From Octopus sinensis (lineage: Eukaryota): a DNA stretch of 64,000 bases. A model generated the notes under the pieces. That model saw only the letters and a program-made list of their open reading frames with translations. It had not been told where the DNA came from and ran no database searches. The DNA is taken from positions 5,518,001 to 5,582,000 of the forward strand of contig NC_043022.1 of assembly GCF_006345805.1 (NCBI RefSeq), given 5' to 3'. How positions within the stretch are numbered: the stretch's first letter is position 1; each line of letters begins with the position of its first letter. The translations under genes and the position numbers were made by a program. This document shows positions 50,086 through 64,000 of this stretch, piece by piece.

Positions 50086-52449
50086 AATGGTATAACAGAT
50101 TCATAGACAGTTTCTGTCGAACAAATTCCACTCAAAGCTGTTCAGTCAATGCAAGGCCATTGTAGAAAACACTTGCCCAAGGACTGAACCAAGGGGCTAC
50201 ATGTTCGCAAGGTGAACTTTTGAACTACAACCCATACTCATGCCCCTAAACCCACTTCAGGTCTTAATGATTGTAGACAGGACTAACGGTTAGTGACTAA
50301 TGAGTAAGATGTGAACTGGAATGAACTGGAATGAATTGTGGAGAGAATAACCACACATCATAACGGTGATGTTGTTTCTAGAGTACCAAATGTGGTGGTG
50401 GTGGTGGTGGTAGTACTTGTGGTTGTTATTGTTGTTGTGGTAGTAGCTATACTGATGACAATGCTGAGAGGCAGTACTTGTGGGTATTGTTGCCGTTGTG
50501 ATATCAGGGGTGGTAGTAGCTGTTGTAGTGCTGGTGGTGGTGGTGGTGATGGTGGTGATGGTGGTTGGGGTGATAGTGATACTAGTGTGGGAGGGTGGTA
50601 GCAGTACTTGTGGTGGTTGTGGCAGTTGTAGTGGAGCTGTGGTTATTGTTGCTGTTGTTGGTGTTGTTGTTGTGGTGGTGGTGGTGGTGGTGGTGATTGG
50701 CAAAAATGGAGAACAATAACGATAATGATCAGAATGCAGATATGACGGTGAGGTTGGGGGGTGGATAAGAGAACTGGAGAGGAACAAAAAGTTAATGGAA
50801 AATAGTATTGGTGGTGGTAGCAGTGGTGTGGGGGGTGGAAGGAGTGTTGCAACGACAAAGTCATATTGAGATAATTTTAAGAAAATTTTAAGAAAAAAAA
50901 AAATAATAATTTACAAGATATGGAGGAGGGGGGAAAATAAAACAAAACAACAAATAATAATTAAAAACAATTTGAAAATTCTCAATTTCTTTTGTATGTT
51001 TTTTTTTTTAAGATGTGACATAAGCAGCAGAGAGTTAATAAAAGAACTGGGGGGGGGGGTAAGGAATCTTACACAATTTGGCCGGGTAGGGGGTGGGGGT
51101 GGGGCTCAGGATTTTAAAGAATAAGCAAAACCAGACACGGAAAAAGTTTACAAATGACCCAAAACTGTCAACTAACATTCTTCCAGATCTACATGCAAAC
51201 GAAATTTCCAAAGTAGCCTCCAAGCTTTGTTGGAGCTCATTATTGTTGTTGTTGCTTGTTTGTTTGTTTGTTTTCTTTTTTTATCTATTTATATTTTTTG
51301 TATATTTGAAAAGAAACTATTTGCCTAACGATTTAATAAATATTTCAAGTGTTGGAGAAAAGAGCGAATATGTCTGCAGTGAAAAATTAAGTATGACAAG
51401 GAAATTGCTGTGAAAGTAAAAGTGAAAGTGAAAGTAGAGGGGGGGCACATAGTCAATCAGTGAGTAAATGAATCTAGCAAGCAATTGTATTGGATGGCCA
51501 CTACATTCCACAGCTGGTTCACACATTATGCAGCCTCACAGCCTCTTTCCCCTCGCTTATTCATAGTTTTTCTAATCAATTGTGATCTGTGAATGCAGTT
51601 TACGCTGCCAGTTGGGAAGGCGGCATGGCTTCTAAACAACCTGATGACATCACCAGGAAATTGGCAACAGACATTCTTAACAGTCACAGATTCCAGTAAA
51701 TTATCTTGGAGGAAGGCATTTGAAGAAAAGCAAAAATTGCACATGCGCATGAATATATTATCCACATGTCACATAGACACGCACACATTTCGTGTGTATA
51801 TGCATGTGTATACAAACATATATACATATACACATACATATATACATGCATGTGTCATACATATACACATACACATACCTACATATGTGTATGTGTATAT
51901 ATATATATACATATATATACACACACACAAACACACATATATACATATACATACATATATACCTACACATACACATATACATATACTCATACACATATAC
52001 ATACACAAATACGCACATACACACATATATATACACAAACACACACATACACATATATACAAACACACACATATACAAACATGCATATACACACACACAC
52101 ACACACATACAAACACACACATACACACACATATATACACACATACATGTACACACAAAAGTGAGAATACAAAAATATATGAGTTTGTGAAAGTAACAAA
52201 AAGAAAATACAAACTGCACGCTCGAATAAGATTTGAACCGTGAACACGATCAACAGGAACAACAATACCACCAATAACAACAACAGCAACAACAAAACAA
52301 TTATTTTCTATGATTCAGACTATTCCAGAAAATTCAGACAGAATCACTTTAAAATTCCTGCATATATGAGAATGTATGCGGGTGTCAATTATATATGTGT
52401 TTGTGTGTGTGTGTGTGTGTTTGTGTTTGTATATATTCATCACAGTGCC

Positions 52450-52480
<31 letters not shown>

Positions 52481-52827
52481 GTATATGAATATGAAATATT
52501 GATATTCAATAGTAGATATGTGAATATATGAATGTATATCTGTTTAATTGAGGAATATATGTATTTTTATGTAATCAAATATGCATATAAAATTAAAATA
52601 TATTGTGATGTCTTTGAAGATATATCTGAATGGATGCAAAAAAACAAAATAAAATTGTATGTATGCATATGTATATGTCGCAATGAAATGCGTTTTTGTG
52701 CGTGTGGTACGTGTGTGTGTGTGCACGCGCGCTTGTGCCCCTATTTATAGGCTTGGCTTAGCATTGATGTTTATACAAGGGCTCAAATAAAATTTTGTTG
52801 AACTTCAAAAAACAAGTGTGTATACAT

Positions 52828-52914
<87 letters not shown>

Positions 52915-53186
52915 GTATATCTGTACATGTATCCATGTGCATGTAGGTGTGCATACATGTGTGTGTGTATGCATGTATACATGCATATGCAAACATATGT
53001 GTGCTTGTATATGTGTGCATGCATGTGTGTATATATATATGTATGTATGTATTTTACGATTTTGTTTTAGGCCTAGCAATATTTAAATCTTTATACATAT
53101 GCTTCAGAATACAGTGTTAGACAAGTGCAAAGCATGATATAAATTATTAGATGACAAGGGAACAGGAATTATCTAATCAACTTCAT

Positions 53187-53269
53187 TAGCTTACAGTTGT
53201 TTCAGCTATCAGATGCTGTGCACTCTGAGCTGAGTGCTTGTTCAGCATCTTACTGCTTCCTCAGAGCCA
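53187..53269 (-). ncRNA. Type I hammerhead with extended stem II (copy 1)
   Basis: Minus strand: TGGCT CTGAGGA AGC..AGATGCTG..GCACTC-agctca-GAGTGC.CAGCATCT..GCT GAAA CAACTG TA AGCTA. Confidence 0.75.
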
Positions 53270-53401
53270 TTAGAATGAAGCATTTGAATGCATAGAAATG
53301 ATTATCTTATGCACACACACACATACACGATACATGAACAGAGAGAGAGAAAGAGATTCAGAAGCCTTTTGAGTATTTAAGTGATAAACAAGATGTCTAT
53401 A

Positions 53402-53508
53402 TTTTACAGCCATATCAGGTTCAATGTACGAGTTCTCATCTGATCAATGAAGTTAAGCAACACTGACCCTCATGACTACTTAGATGGGTAACCCCTTAGG
53501 AACCATGC
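53402..53508 (+). pseudogene. Degenerate 5S rRNA copy (pseudogene or SINE3 head)
   Basis: tacagccatatc...gttctcatctgatcaatgaagttaagcaac...tacttagatgggtaacc..ttaggaac aligns with the metazoan 5S consensus (box A AGTTAAGC, box C GATGGGTGACC), with CpG decay. Confidence 0.8.
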
Positions 53509-53703
53509 TAGACCAAGCATCACCTTCACTGCCCATGTATAGCTATGACACAAGCATGGCTGTGGTCATAGAGAAGTTCACTTCCCAACAATGGGTTTTG
53601 GGTTCAGTCCCACGATGTGGAAACTAGGGAAGTGTCATCTAAGATAGAACTGGGCCAACGAAAGCCTTGTGAAAGAATGTGATAGGCACTGAAATAAACC
53701 CAT

Positions 53704-53737
<34 letters not shown>

Positions 53738-53979
53738 CACACACATCTTCTATCCTCTACTTGCTTCAGTCATTAGACTGTGGTCATGCTGGGGCACTAC
53801 TCTGAAGAACTTTTAGCTGAATGAATCAACCACAGGGCTTATTTTTTTTTTTAGCCTGGGACTTATTCTCTTGGCCCGTCTGCTTGACCACTAAGTTACA
53901 GGGATGTAAACACACCAACACTGGTTGTCAAGCAGTGGGAAGGCACAAACACAGACACAAACACACACATACATACACA

Positions 53980-54040
<61 letters not shown>

Positions 54041-54311
54041 GTATATCTGTACATGTATCCATGTGCATGTAGGTGTGCATACATGTGTGTGTGTATGCAT
54101 GTATACATGCATATGCAACATATGTGTGCTTGTATATGTGTGCATGCATGTGTGTATATATATATGTATGTATGTATTTTACGATTTTGTTTTAGGCCTA
54201 GCAATATTTAAATCTTTATACATATGCTTCAGAATACAGTGTTAGACAAGTGCAAAGCATGATATAAATTATTAGATGACAAGGGAACAGGAATTATCTA
54301 ATCAACTTCAT

Positions 54312-54394
54312 TAGCTTACAGTTGTTTCAGCTATCAGATGCTGTGCACTCTGAGCTGAGTGCTTGTTCAGCATCTTACTGCTTCCTCAGAGCCA
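54312..54394 (-). ncRNA. Type I hammerhead with extended stem II (duplicate copy)
   Basis: Identical to 53187-53269. Confidence 0.75.
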
Positions 54395-54524
54395 TTAGAA
54401 TGAAGCATTTGAATGCATAGAAATGATATCTTATGCACACACACACATACACGATACATGAACAGAGAGAGAGAAAGAGATTCAGAAGCCTTTTGAGTAT
54501 TTAAGTGATAAACAGATGTCTATA

Positions 54525-54631
54525 TTTTACAGCCATATCAGGTTCAATGTACGAGTTCTCATCTGATCAATGAAGTTAAGCAACACTGACCCTCATGACT
54601 ACTTAGATGGGTAACCCCTTAGGAACCATGC
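54525..54631 (+). pseudogene. Degenerate 5S rRNA copy (duplicate)
   Basis: Same sequence in the second duplication unit. Confidence 0.8.
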
Positions 54632-54826
54632 TAGACCAAGCATCACCTTCACTGCCCATGTATAGCTATGACACAAGCATGGCTGTGGTCATAGAGAAGT
54701 TCACTTCCCAACAATGGGTTTTGGGTTCAGTCCCACGATGTGGAAACTAGGGAAGTGTCATCTAAGATAGAACTGGGCCAACGAAAGCCTTGTGAAAGAA
54801 TGTGATAGGCACTGAAATAAACCCAT

Positions 54827-54860
<34 letters not shown>

Positions 54861-55107
54861 CACACACATCTTCTATCCTCTACTTGCTTCAGTCATTAGA
54901 CTGTGGTCATGCTGGGGCACTACTCTGAAGAACTTTTAGCTGAATGAATCAACCACAGGGCTTATTTTTTTTTTTAGCCTGGGACTTATTCTCTTGGCCC
55001 GTCTGCTTGACCACTAAGTTACAGGGATGTAAACACACCAACACTGGTTGTCAAGCAGTGGGAAGGCACAAACACAGACACAAACACACACATACATACA
55101 CAAATAT

Positions 55108-55138
<31 letters not shown>

Positions 55139-56094
55139 GATGGTCTTCTTCCAGTTTCTGTCTACCAAATCCACTCACAAGGCTTTGGTGAGTCTGAGGC
55201 AATATAAGAAGATGCTTGCCATAAGAGTCACACACCAGGATTGAACCAGAGACCACATGGTTGGGAAGCAAACTTCTTACCACACAGCCATGGTTTGTAT
55301 GTCTATCTGTCTATACATGTATGTATGTATGTATGTATGTATGTACGTATGCATGTAAGTGTATATGTATGTATGAATATCTGTCAGTACATATGTATGT
55401 GTAAATATGTATGCATGTATATATGCATGCATGTATGTGTGTGTGTATATATGTATGTGTATCTATATGTATGTCTGTATGTATGTATGTATGTATGTAT
55501 GTATGTATGTATGTATATATGTATGTATGTACGTGTGAATGTGTGTTTGTCTGTCTGTCTGTCTGTCTATGTATGTATGTATGTATGTATGTGTGTGTGC
55601 GTATGCGTGTATGTACATGTGTATGTGTGTGCATAATACCTGCTAGCAATGGCTTTGCTCATATACAAGAAAGTAGCCCCGATGTATGTATGTACGCATG
55701 TACTTGCGTATGTGCACACATGAGTGAGTTTGTGTTTCCATCCTCCGCCTGTGTTTGTCGATGAATTCAAACAATGGCAACACCAAAGGCATCATAGTCT
55801 TGCAGTCCACCAGGGGAACATGCCAGGACCTCATTACATGTTCTGACATGTTTTCACAGTCTTTGCAAACAAAATCAAAACTCGTTCCCACAGCGCCATT
55901 CATTTCTGATTTTCCATGTAAACACATCCGAGTCGTTCCTTCTTTGATAGACGAGGAAGGATTATTACATCAACAGAAAACAACCAAAAAAGGTTGGCAA
56001 CAGGAAAGGCATCTACACACAGACAATCTTGCTCTAATGTACTTTTATCTAACATATGCAAGCATGGGAAAGTAAACATTACAATGATGATGAT

Positions 56095-56104
56095 GGTGAT
56101 ATAC

Positions 56105-56141
<37 letters not shown>

Positions 56142-56387
56142 TATTATACATGTATATATATATATATACACACACATATATATACACACACACACACACA
56201 ACACACACACATATATATATATATATATACATACATATATATATATACATATACACACACATATATATACTTATATATGTATGTGTGTGTAAAAATGTAT
56301 ATATATTTCTATATATGTTGTTTATATGTGTGCATATGTGTGGTGTGTATATATATATGTATATATATGTATATACATGTACAGATA

Positions 56388-56425
<38 letters not shown>

Positions 56426-56450
56426 GTATATACATATATATATATATATG

Positions 56451-56492
<42 letters not shown>

Positions 56493-56540
56493 ATACATAT
56501 ATATATATATATGTATATACATATATATAATATGTAATAC

Positions 56541-56571
<31 letters not shown>

Positions 56572-56842
56572 CATGTATATACATATATATATACATGTAT
56601 ATACATATATATACATATATATATATATAATATACATTACATATTATATATACATATACACACACATATATATACTTATATGTATGTGTGTGTAAAAATG
56701 TATAATATTTCTATATATGTTGTTTATATGTGTGCATATGTGTGTGTGTATATATATGTGTATATATATAATGTATATACATGTACAGATATTATGTATA
56801 TATATATATTATATATTGTATATATGTATATACATATATATA

Positions 56843-56875
<33 letters not shown>

Positions 56876-57270
56876 ATATATATATATATGTATATACATC
56901 ATATAATATATATGTATATACATATATATATATATGTATTATATATATAACATTGTATATACATATATATATGCATTGTATATACATATATATATACATG
57001 TATATACATTATATACATATATATTATATATAAATATATATATGTATATACACATATATATATATATACATGTATATACATATATATACACATATACATG
57101 TATATACATATATATATATATATGTATATATGTATATAAATATATATATATGTATATACACACACATATATATATACATATATATATACATACATATATA
57201 TATATATACATATATGTATGTATGTATGTATGTATGTATATATGTATATATATATATATACATGCATGCA
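56095..57270. repeat. Long compound (TA)/(TACA) microsatellite with a ~400-bp higher-order duplication
   Basis: Anchor gtgtgtgtaaaaatgtat...ttctatatatgttgtttatatgtgtgcatatg recurs near 56283 and 56686. Confidence 0.9.
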
Positions 57271-57375
57271 TACACACCAATAAAGTGACATAAATCTATA
57301 TTTCAATGCAATATAGATCTATAACAAGTCAATATTATCAAATTAAAACTTAAAATTGATCGCTGCAAATAAAGA

Positions 57376-57516
57376 ATGTCTGACGAGGGGCACAAACAAT
57401 GATAATTATTTTGTTTTATGGCATATTAATTAGATGCAATGTCTTTATTACGTATCTAATAAATGTGGAGGCAGAGAAGTTTAAAAACTGTTTGTTTACT
57501 GAAACTATCATTACAT
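57376..57516 (+). ncRNA. Degenerate hammerhead-like motif with very long stem II
   Basis: ATGT CTGACGA ggggcACAAACA...TGTTTGTttact GAAA ctatca TT ACAT. Stem III is unpaired. Confidence 0.4.
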
Positions 57517-57597
57517 CAATTAGAATTTGTCTTTTCCTCATATTAATTACTATGATATATACCTGTACATAAGCACATGTGCAGGTATATATATGTA

Positions 57598-57633
<36 letters not shown>

Positions 57634-57756
57634 CGTGTGTGTGTGTGTACAATTAATATGAGAAAAAGAGAAATCCAGATAGTGATGATCTCATACACAC
57701 AGACACGTATAAATATATACGTGTATATACAAATGCCTATGCATACATGCATATAG

Positions 57757-57803
<47 letters not shown>

Positions 57804-57977
57804 TATATATATCGTGATGCATATTTGCCATTTGAATATGGCTAACCCATAAGGGTGGATACTACTGTAGTTTGTAGCCCCAGGAAGATATCTCCTCCAG
57901 CTGGCTATAGACACACTATCTGTGTCCTCTCAGTATTTGTGAAGGGGAGTCATCCTCCCCGCCTTCAACACATGATA

Positions 57978-58022
57978 CACACGTACCCAAGTTTCAAGGT
58001 GTTTACCTTTCATCAGCGTGTG
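57978..58022 (-). ncRNA. Canonical type I hammerhead in a TA-flanked PLE-like element (about 57812-58095)
   Basis: Minus strand: CACACG CTGATGA AAGGT-aaac-ACCTT GAAA CTTGGG TA CGTGTG. 6-bp stem I, 5-bp stem II, wobble-palindromic stem III, GUA site. Confidence 0.88.
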
Positions 58023-58092
58023 ACAATCATGGTTGTCGATGAGAAGTCAGATCCATTCACAAATACAAATATAACTCGCTCTGAGATTTATC

Positions 58093-58127
<35 letters not shown>

Positions 58128-58856
58128 ATATATATATATATAAAAGAAGGTGCTCCAGCATGGCTGAAGTCAAATGACTGAAGCAAATAAAAGAATAAAA
58201 GTATATATAAATCATCATGTATGTACAAATATGTATGTGTATATATATGTATATATATATTTTTAATGTTGCTCTTTCCAAACTTGCATCAGTTGGATAG
58301 AGTCTGAGGAGGGAAACTTCCTATGGCCAGATCCCTTTTCCTTTTTGCAACTGTCACTTTTTACCAAGCTAGCTGGTATTTCACCCCATGCCAGTCACAT
58401 TCTCACAGAGTATTGGTAATGAACAACACTGCTTGTATGACAGGGACACTTCTTTACAACTTGTCACATGATGTCAAGGCAAGAAAATTAAAATATACAC
58501 ACTCTCAGACACACACACACAAATATATATGTATACAAGAGCTTTCTATCGCATTCTCTAGAGCTTTTGGTCAGCCTGGAGCAATAGACACTTGCTCAAA
58601 CTGCCAAGCAGTAGGACTGAACCTGAAACCATGGGCTTGATAAGAAGACTTCTTAACCACACGGCCAATGTCATGCTGGGACATGTATGAACATGTATGT
58701 GTGTATATGGGTTTATATTATACATATATATATATGTTTGCATATGTGTGTGTATATATATATATAATTGCATATATATATATATATATATCTATATATA
58801 TATATATATACATGCATATATACAAATATATACACATACATGCACATATACACATG

Positions 58857-58895
<39 letters not shown>

Positions 58896-58967
58896 CTATG
58901 TGTGTGTGTATGTATGTATATATGTATGTATGTATGTATATATATATACACATACACACACATATAT

Positions 58968-59380
58968 AGGTGCAGGCATGACTGTGTGGTAAGTAGCTTA
59001 CTTCCCAACCATATGGTTACAGGTTCAGTCCCACTGTGTGGCACCTTGGGCAAGTGTCTTCTACTATACCAGTTGGTTGACCAAAGCCGTGTGAGTGGAT
59101 TTGGTAGATGGAAACTGAAAGAAGCCTGCTGTATATATATATGTGTGTGTGTATGTATGTATATATATTTGTGTGTCTTTGTGTCTATGTTTGTCCTCCC
59201 ACCATTGCTTGACAACTGATGTTGGTGTGTTTGCATCCCTGTAACTTAGCAGTTCGGCAAAAGAGACCAATAGAATATGTATACCAGACTTACAAAGAGT
59301 AAGACCTGATGTTGACTTGTTTAACTAGAAGCTGTGCTCCAGCATGGCTACAGTGAAACAACTGAAACAAATAAAAGAAT
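58968..59380 (+). mobile_element. SINE family A, full length
   Basis: ggtgcaggcatgactgtgtggtaag...gctccagcatggc...actgaaacaaataaaagaat. Confidence 0.9.
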
Positions 59381-60174
59381 ATATATATACATATATTTGT
59401 GTATATATATATATATATATATATATTCATATTCATATATATATACATATACTCATATACATATATATACACATGCACATGTGTGTGTGTGTGTGTGTGT
59501 GTCTGTGGTGTGTGTATACAAGTATATATGCTGTATGAACACAATTACACAATTTGTAATCATAAATAAAAGAATGCATTTTTTTGTGTGTGCTTCCCTC
59601 CACCCTTATTGTACGTACATCACACAGCTTGTCTTCAAGTGTTTGAACACTTGTAAACAACAAAAGCAGTTTGAAATAGCAACAGAAGGCAGGAATGTGT
59701 TTAGCAAAGCAAAGAACGGCCAAATTCAATCAATAATGGTCCACTGCATGGAGTTGGGATAGGAGCAGGGAGTCTGACAGATGGCGGGGGGAGGGAGGAA
59801 CAAAAAGCTGGTGGCACTTACATGTTTTCCAAGAGAGATAGTCTTTTCTCATCATTTCAACAATGTGAAAGTTTGTAAAAATAGTCTTATTGATATGAAT
59901 GTAGATGGAGATGAAGGAGAGAGAGAGAGAGAGGAGACAGACAGACAGACAGACAGATGGAAAGAGTGTGTGGGGTTGTGGGTGAGATGGAAGAAAGGTA
60001 TGTAGACAGAGAAAAACTGTTAGAGGGTTAGTAAATATTTGCACAATATATATGTGTGTGTATATTAGTGTGTATATTATAATTAATATATACCTGTATG
60101 TTTATAATATTAAGAAAGTATGTTATTTTTTTTTTCAGTATTTTTCTATGTTAGTGCACATTAATATGCACATG

Positions 60175-60211
<37 letters not shown>

Positions 60212-60659
60212 ACACATATATTTGTGTGCATATGAGGGAGTGTATATGTGTGTCTATGGGAAGAGAGTTGCAGTAAGTATATAATACACATGCATTGATA
60301 TATGTATGGATATATCAACGTGTATGTGTGTGTGTGTGTCTGTGTGGAGGGAGTTGAAGAAGGGGTGTTTGTTTGTAATGAGAGTGCAGTTAACTTATGG
60401 TGCAGTTGCAATGCAAAGTTGCAACACTTTGTGCAAATCAACCCAACGAAGTTATGTCTATGCTACAAGTTGCAGTATCTGTGATGCATCTTCTATCGAC
60501 AACACTTTGTCACAGCATCCCCGCCCGTCCAGCATCTCCATCCCTCCCTCTCCTTTTCACTATCTCCCTCTCCTTTTCACTCTTAGCAGCCTCTGGTACG
60601 CTTCTTGCCAAAAATGATTCGGATGCTGGTAGTGGTGGCACTGGTGGTGGTGGAGAAAG

Positions 60660-61255
60660 TGGAGGTGATGGTGATGATGATAATAGAAGAGTTACTGTGA
60701 TGATGGTGATGGTGGTGGTGGTGGTGGTGGTGGTGGTGGTGGTGGTGGTGGTGGTGTTGGGGTTGGCACAGTGGTATCGACAATAGTGGTGGTGGTGGTG
60801 GTAGTGGAGGTGATGGTGATGATAATAGAAGGGTTACTGTGATGATGGTGGTGGTGTTGGCACAGTGGTATCAACAATAGTGGGGTGGTGGTGGTAGTGG
60901 AGGTGATGGTGATGATAATAGAAGGGTTACTGTGATGATGGTGGTGGTGGTGGTGGTGGTGTTGGCACAGTGGTATCAACAATAGTGGTGGTGGTGGTGG
61001 TGGTAGTGGAGAAAGTGATGGTGATGATAATAGAAGAGTTACTGTGATGATGGTGGTGATGGTGGTGGTGGTGGTGTTGGTGTTGGCACAGTGGTATCGA
61101 CAATAGTGGTGGTGGTGGTGGTGGTGGTAGTGGAGGTGATGGTGATGATAATAGAAGAGTTACTGTGATGATGATGGTGGTGGTGGTGGTGGTGGTGTTG
61201 GCACAGTGGTATTAATGGTATCGACAATAGTGGTGGTGGTGGTGGTGGTGGTGGT
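60660..61255. repeat. GGT-rich minisatellite, 5 variable-length units
   Basis: Anchors gataatagaag(a/g)gttactgtga and gttggcacagtggtat alternate five times. Confidence 0.9.
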
Positions 61256-61402
61256 TTCCTTACTTTCAGTTAATACTGGGACAAAGAAAAGAGAGAAAAG
61301 TAGTTTGTGCTGTAGTTGTTAAGTGTAGTTGTTGCTGCTGAAATAACAACTTGGTGACTGGGGCAGTAGTTGTGACATTGTTCTTTCTATTGTTGACTAT
61401 AG

Positions 61403-61437
<35 letters not shown>

Positions 61438-62779
61438 TTGGCGGCAACAGTAGGCATAAGAGACAGCAGTGAATGGAGGTGAGTCAGTGGCTGTTATGAT
61501 GTGGTGGAATGGAATGGAACGGAAGAAGAATGGAAGGAGAATTGGATGCCCTACAATGGCAGGACCCAATGACTGGCAGCGTTGTAAGCCATTCCTGCGA
61601 ACAACTTCACTAAACTCCTTTATCCACTGGACAAGCACCATCGCCATCGGTCCGTCACCCCCCCCCATCCCCCACCTCCACCCCTATATACACACCTCTG
61701 GAAGTTTCCTTTAGAATCTATCTTGGTGGAGTGTATTGCGGAATGGGGGGGTGTAATGTGAAAGAGGGTGTATGGAGGGGGTCTGTATTGTTTCAATTTA
61801 CACAACCACTGCCATTACCACCACCACCACACCACCACCACCATCATCACTACCACCACTATCAGCTTCGCAACAATCATCACCATCATCATCATCATCA
61901 ACTCCACCACCAAAAACCACCATCACCACCACCGCCACCATCATTATCACCTTTACAACCATTGTCACCACCAACAACAACACCAACACCACCACTAACA
62001 CCACCACTAACACCACCACTAACACCACCACTAACACCACCACTACAACCTCCACCACCACAATAACCACTGCCACCACCATCACCACCATCATCATCAC
62101 CATCATCACCACCACTATCTTCACTGCCACCACTTTTGCTCATCTTCTGCAAGTGGGGTGGCTACACAACTCTTACACTCCACCCCCTCCTTTCAGTTTT
62201 GATACAGAAAACATACACATACACACACACACACACGTACACATATATAAATAGCCATGTTGTTTGAGGTTTCAATTCTCACCCTAAACTCAGTAAATCA
62301 CCACCACCATCACAGTAGTTTCTCCATCCCTCACTTCCTCCCTCTCACCATCCCCACCAATCATTCCTCACCCACTGACCCCTTCCTCCTCTCATCCCCT
62401 TACACCTACGCCACACACCCCACCTGTTTCCCTCCCAATCTTGTTTCTTTCATTCTACTCTCACCCTTCTATATTTATATATATATATATATATAACAAC
62501 ATAATAAATACCCACATCCAAAACCTCACCCTTCAACTGTACCCCTCCCCTCCTCCCCATCTCACTCCATGCATTGCTCATATACTTCCCCTCCCACCGT
62601 CTGTCTTTCTACTCAGCCTGGGCCTCTCCCTCTCTCCCCTTCACACAGAAACTTCTCCTCCTACTGCTCCCCTAACACTCACTATACAAAGTGAAAGTGA
62701 AACTACACCCCTTCCTCCCTTGGTCATCAAAAGTACCACTGGATTTCTGTCAACAACGGCCAACTATTATAGTCAATGT

Positions 62780-63150
62780 TATGCCAACATCACTAATATA
62801 CTGTCACCTAAGCATTAATGTCACCACCAATACTACAACCCAAACAATAATGTCACCATCAATACTATCACCCAAAGGTTAATATCACCACTAATAGGCT
62901 ACCACCAAAACATTAACGTCACCACTAATATTAATGCAAGCACTAATACTACCACCCAAACATTAATGTCACCATTAATATACTAGCACTCAAGCAGTAG
63001 TGTCACTATTAATACTACCACCCAAACAATATCACCACTAATAGACAGCATCCAAACATTAACGTCACCATTAATACTACCACAAAAACAATATCAACAC
63101 TAATACTACCACTGAAACATTAGTGTCACCATTAATTTACTGGCACCTAT
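62780..63150. repeat. Degenerate ~30-33-bp minisatellite
   Basis: Unit approximately tgtcaccattaatactaccacccaaacattaa. Confidence 0.8.
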
Positions 63151-63432
63151 ACCACCACTTGTAGTACTTCTCTCCCACCCATCCTCACATTTTTCTCACA
63201 CTTTCTTCTTAATCTTGTTGTTGCTGTTAATAATCTATGAACGCCACTCCTCCATTAAGCAAATCCCTTCCATGACTCTCACCATTGCTTCCTCTCCCAA
63301 CCCATCCCACCCTCACCTCCACTCCATCCCCACCCAAACTGTTTAGCAAAGGGAGCGTGTGGGTGATGGAGGGAGAGCAAAGAATTAAGATGATAGTTCT
63401 CTGTATACATTATGGCTGGCCAAAGATAACAG

Positions 63433-63855
63433 AGGTAGTGGTGGTGGTGGTGGTGGTGGTGGTGGTGATGGTGGTGGTAGTGGTGATGGTTGTGGTGGTG
63501 GTGGCGGCGGCGATAGCGGCGGTGATAGCGGCGGTAGTGGTGGTGGTGGTGGTGGTGGTGGTGGTGGTGGTGGTGGTAGTGGTGATGGTTGTGGTGGTGG
63601 TGGCAGCGGTGATAGCGGTGGTAGTGGTGGTGGTGGTGGTGGTTGTGGTGGTGGATGAGATGGATGGTGGTGTGGATGTTGATGATACTGATGATTGTGG
63701 TAGTATTGGTGGTAATAGTAGTGGTGATAGTGCCCTGGTGGTGGTGGTGTTGTTCCGGTGCTAGTGTAATGCTGGATTGTGACTGTTAGTTATTAAGGGT
63801 GGCAATAATAATAAGAATAATAATAATAATAGTAATAATAATAAGAATAATGATG

Positions 63856-63891
<36 letters not shown>

Positions 63892-64000
63892 GTAATAATA
63901 ATAATAAGGATAATAATAATAATAAGGATAATAATAATAATAATAATGATAATAATAATAATAAGGATAATAATAATAATAATAATAGTAATAATGATAA
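63433..64000. repeat. (GGT)n followed by (AAT)n microsatellites
   Basis: GGT/GGC tract at 63433-63745; AAT tract at 63804-64000. Confidence 0.95.

Larger units (their letters stand above)
52860..55115. repeat. ~1.12-kb near-identical tandem duplication bounded by (TA)n tracts
   Basis: Offset 1123-1125 bp (for example 53187 to 54312 and 53401 to 54524). Visible differences are 1-bp indels and repeat-length changes. Confidence 0.95.

Noticed and set aside
51638-51672. CTGATGA...GGAAA hammerhead-like string
   Set aside because: No UH cleavage site after the putative stem III, and stems I and II do not pair convincingly.
63804-64000. Telomere-like terminal repeat
   Set aside because: It is an (AAT)n microsatellite, not TTAGGG.

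Overview
AT-rich, repeat-saturated eukaryotic non-coding DNA (intronic or intergenic). The SINE families and microsatellite load suggest an Octopus/coleoid cephalopod genome; this is an inference from recalled repeat consensus, not a database hit. No protein-coding gene can be supported: the ORF track consists of translations of (TA)n/(CA)n/(GGT)n/(AAT)n microsatellites and TE debris. Contents: dozens of SINEs from several tRNA-derived families, many 5'-truncated RTE-LINE 3' ends, two non-autonomous Helitrons, piggyBac-like and Tc1/mariner MITEs, a degenerate 5S rRNA copy inside a ~1.12 kb tandem duplication, several minisatellites and a 100-N gap. The most notable hidden layer is about 15 type I hammerhead ribozyme (HHR)-shaped motifs plus one half motif, on both strands and from roughly a dozen sequence-unrelated small elements. 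Most have a palindromic stem III, several have 50-110 nt stem II extensions, and two have a CCGACGA core variant. They lie mostly inside (TA)n/(TG)n tracts and often within fold-back inverted repeats, as expected of Penelope-like retroelement pseudo-LTR remnants or retrozyme-like elements. All RNA structures were read by eye, and none was folded computationally or tested.
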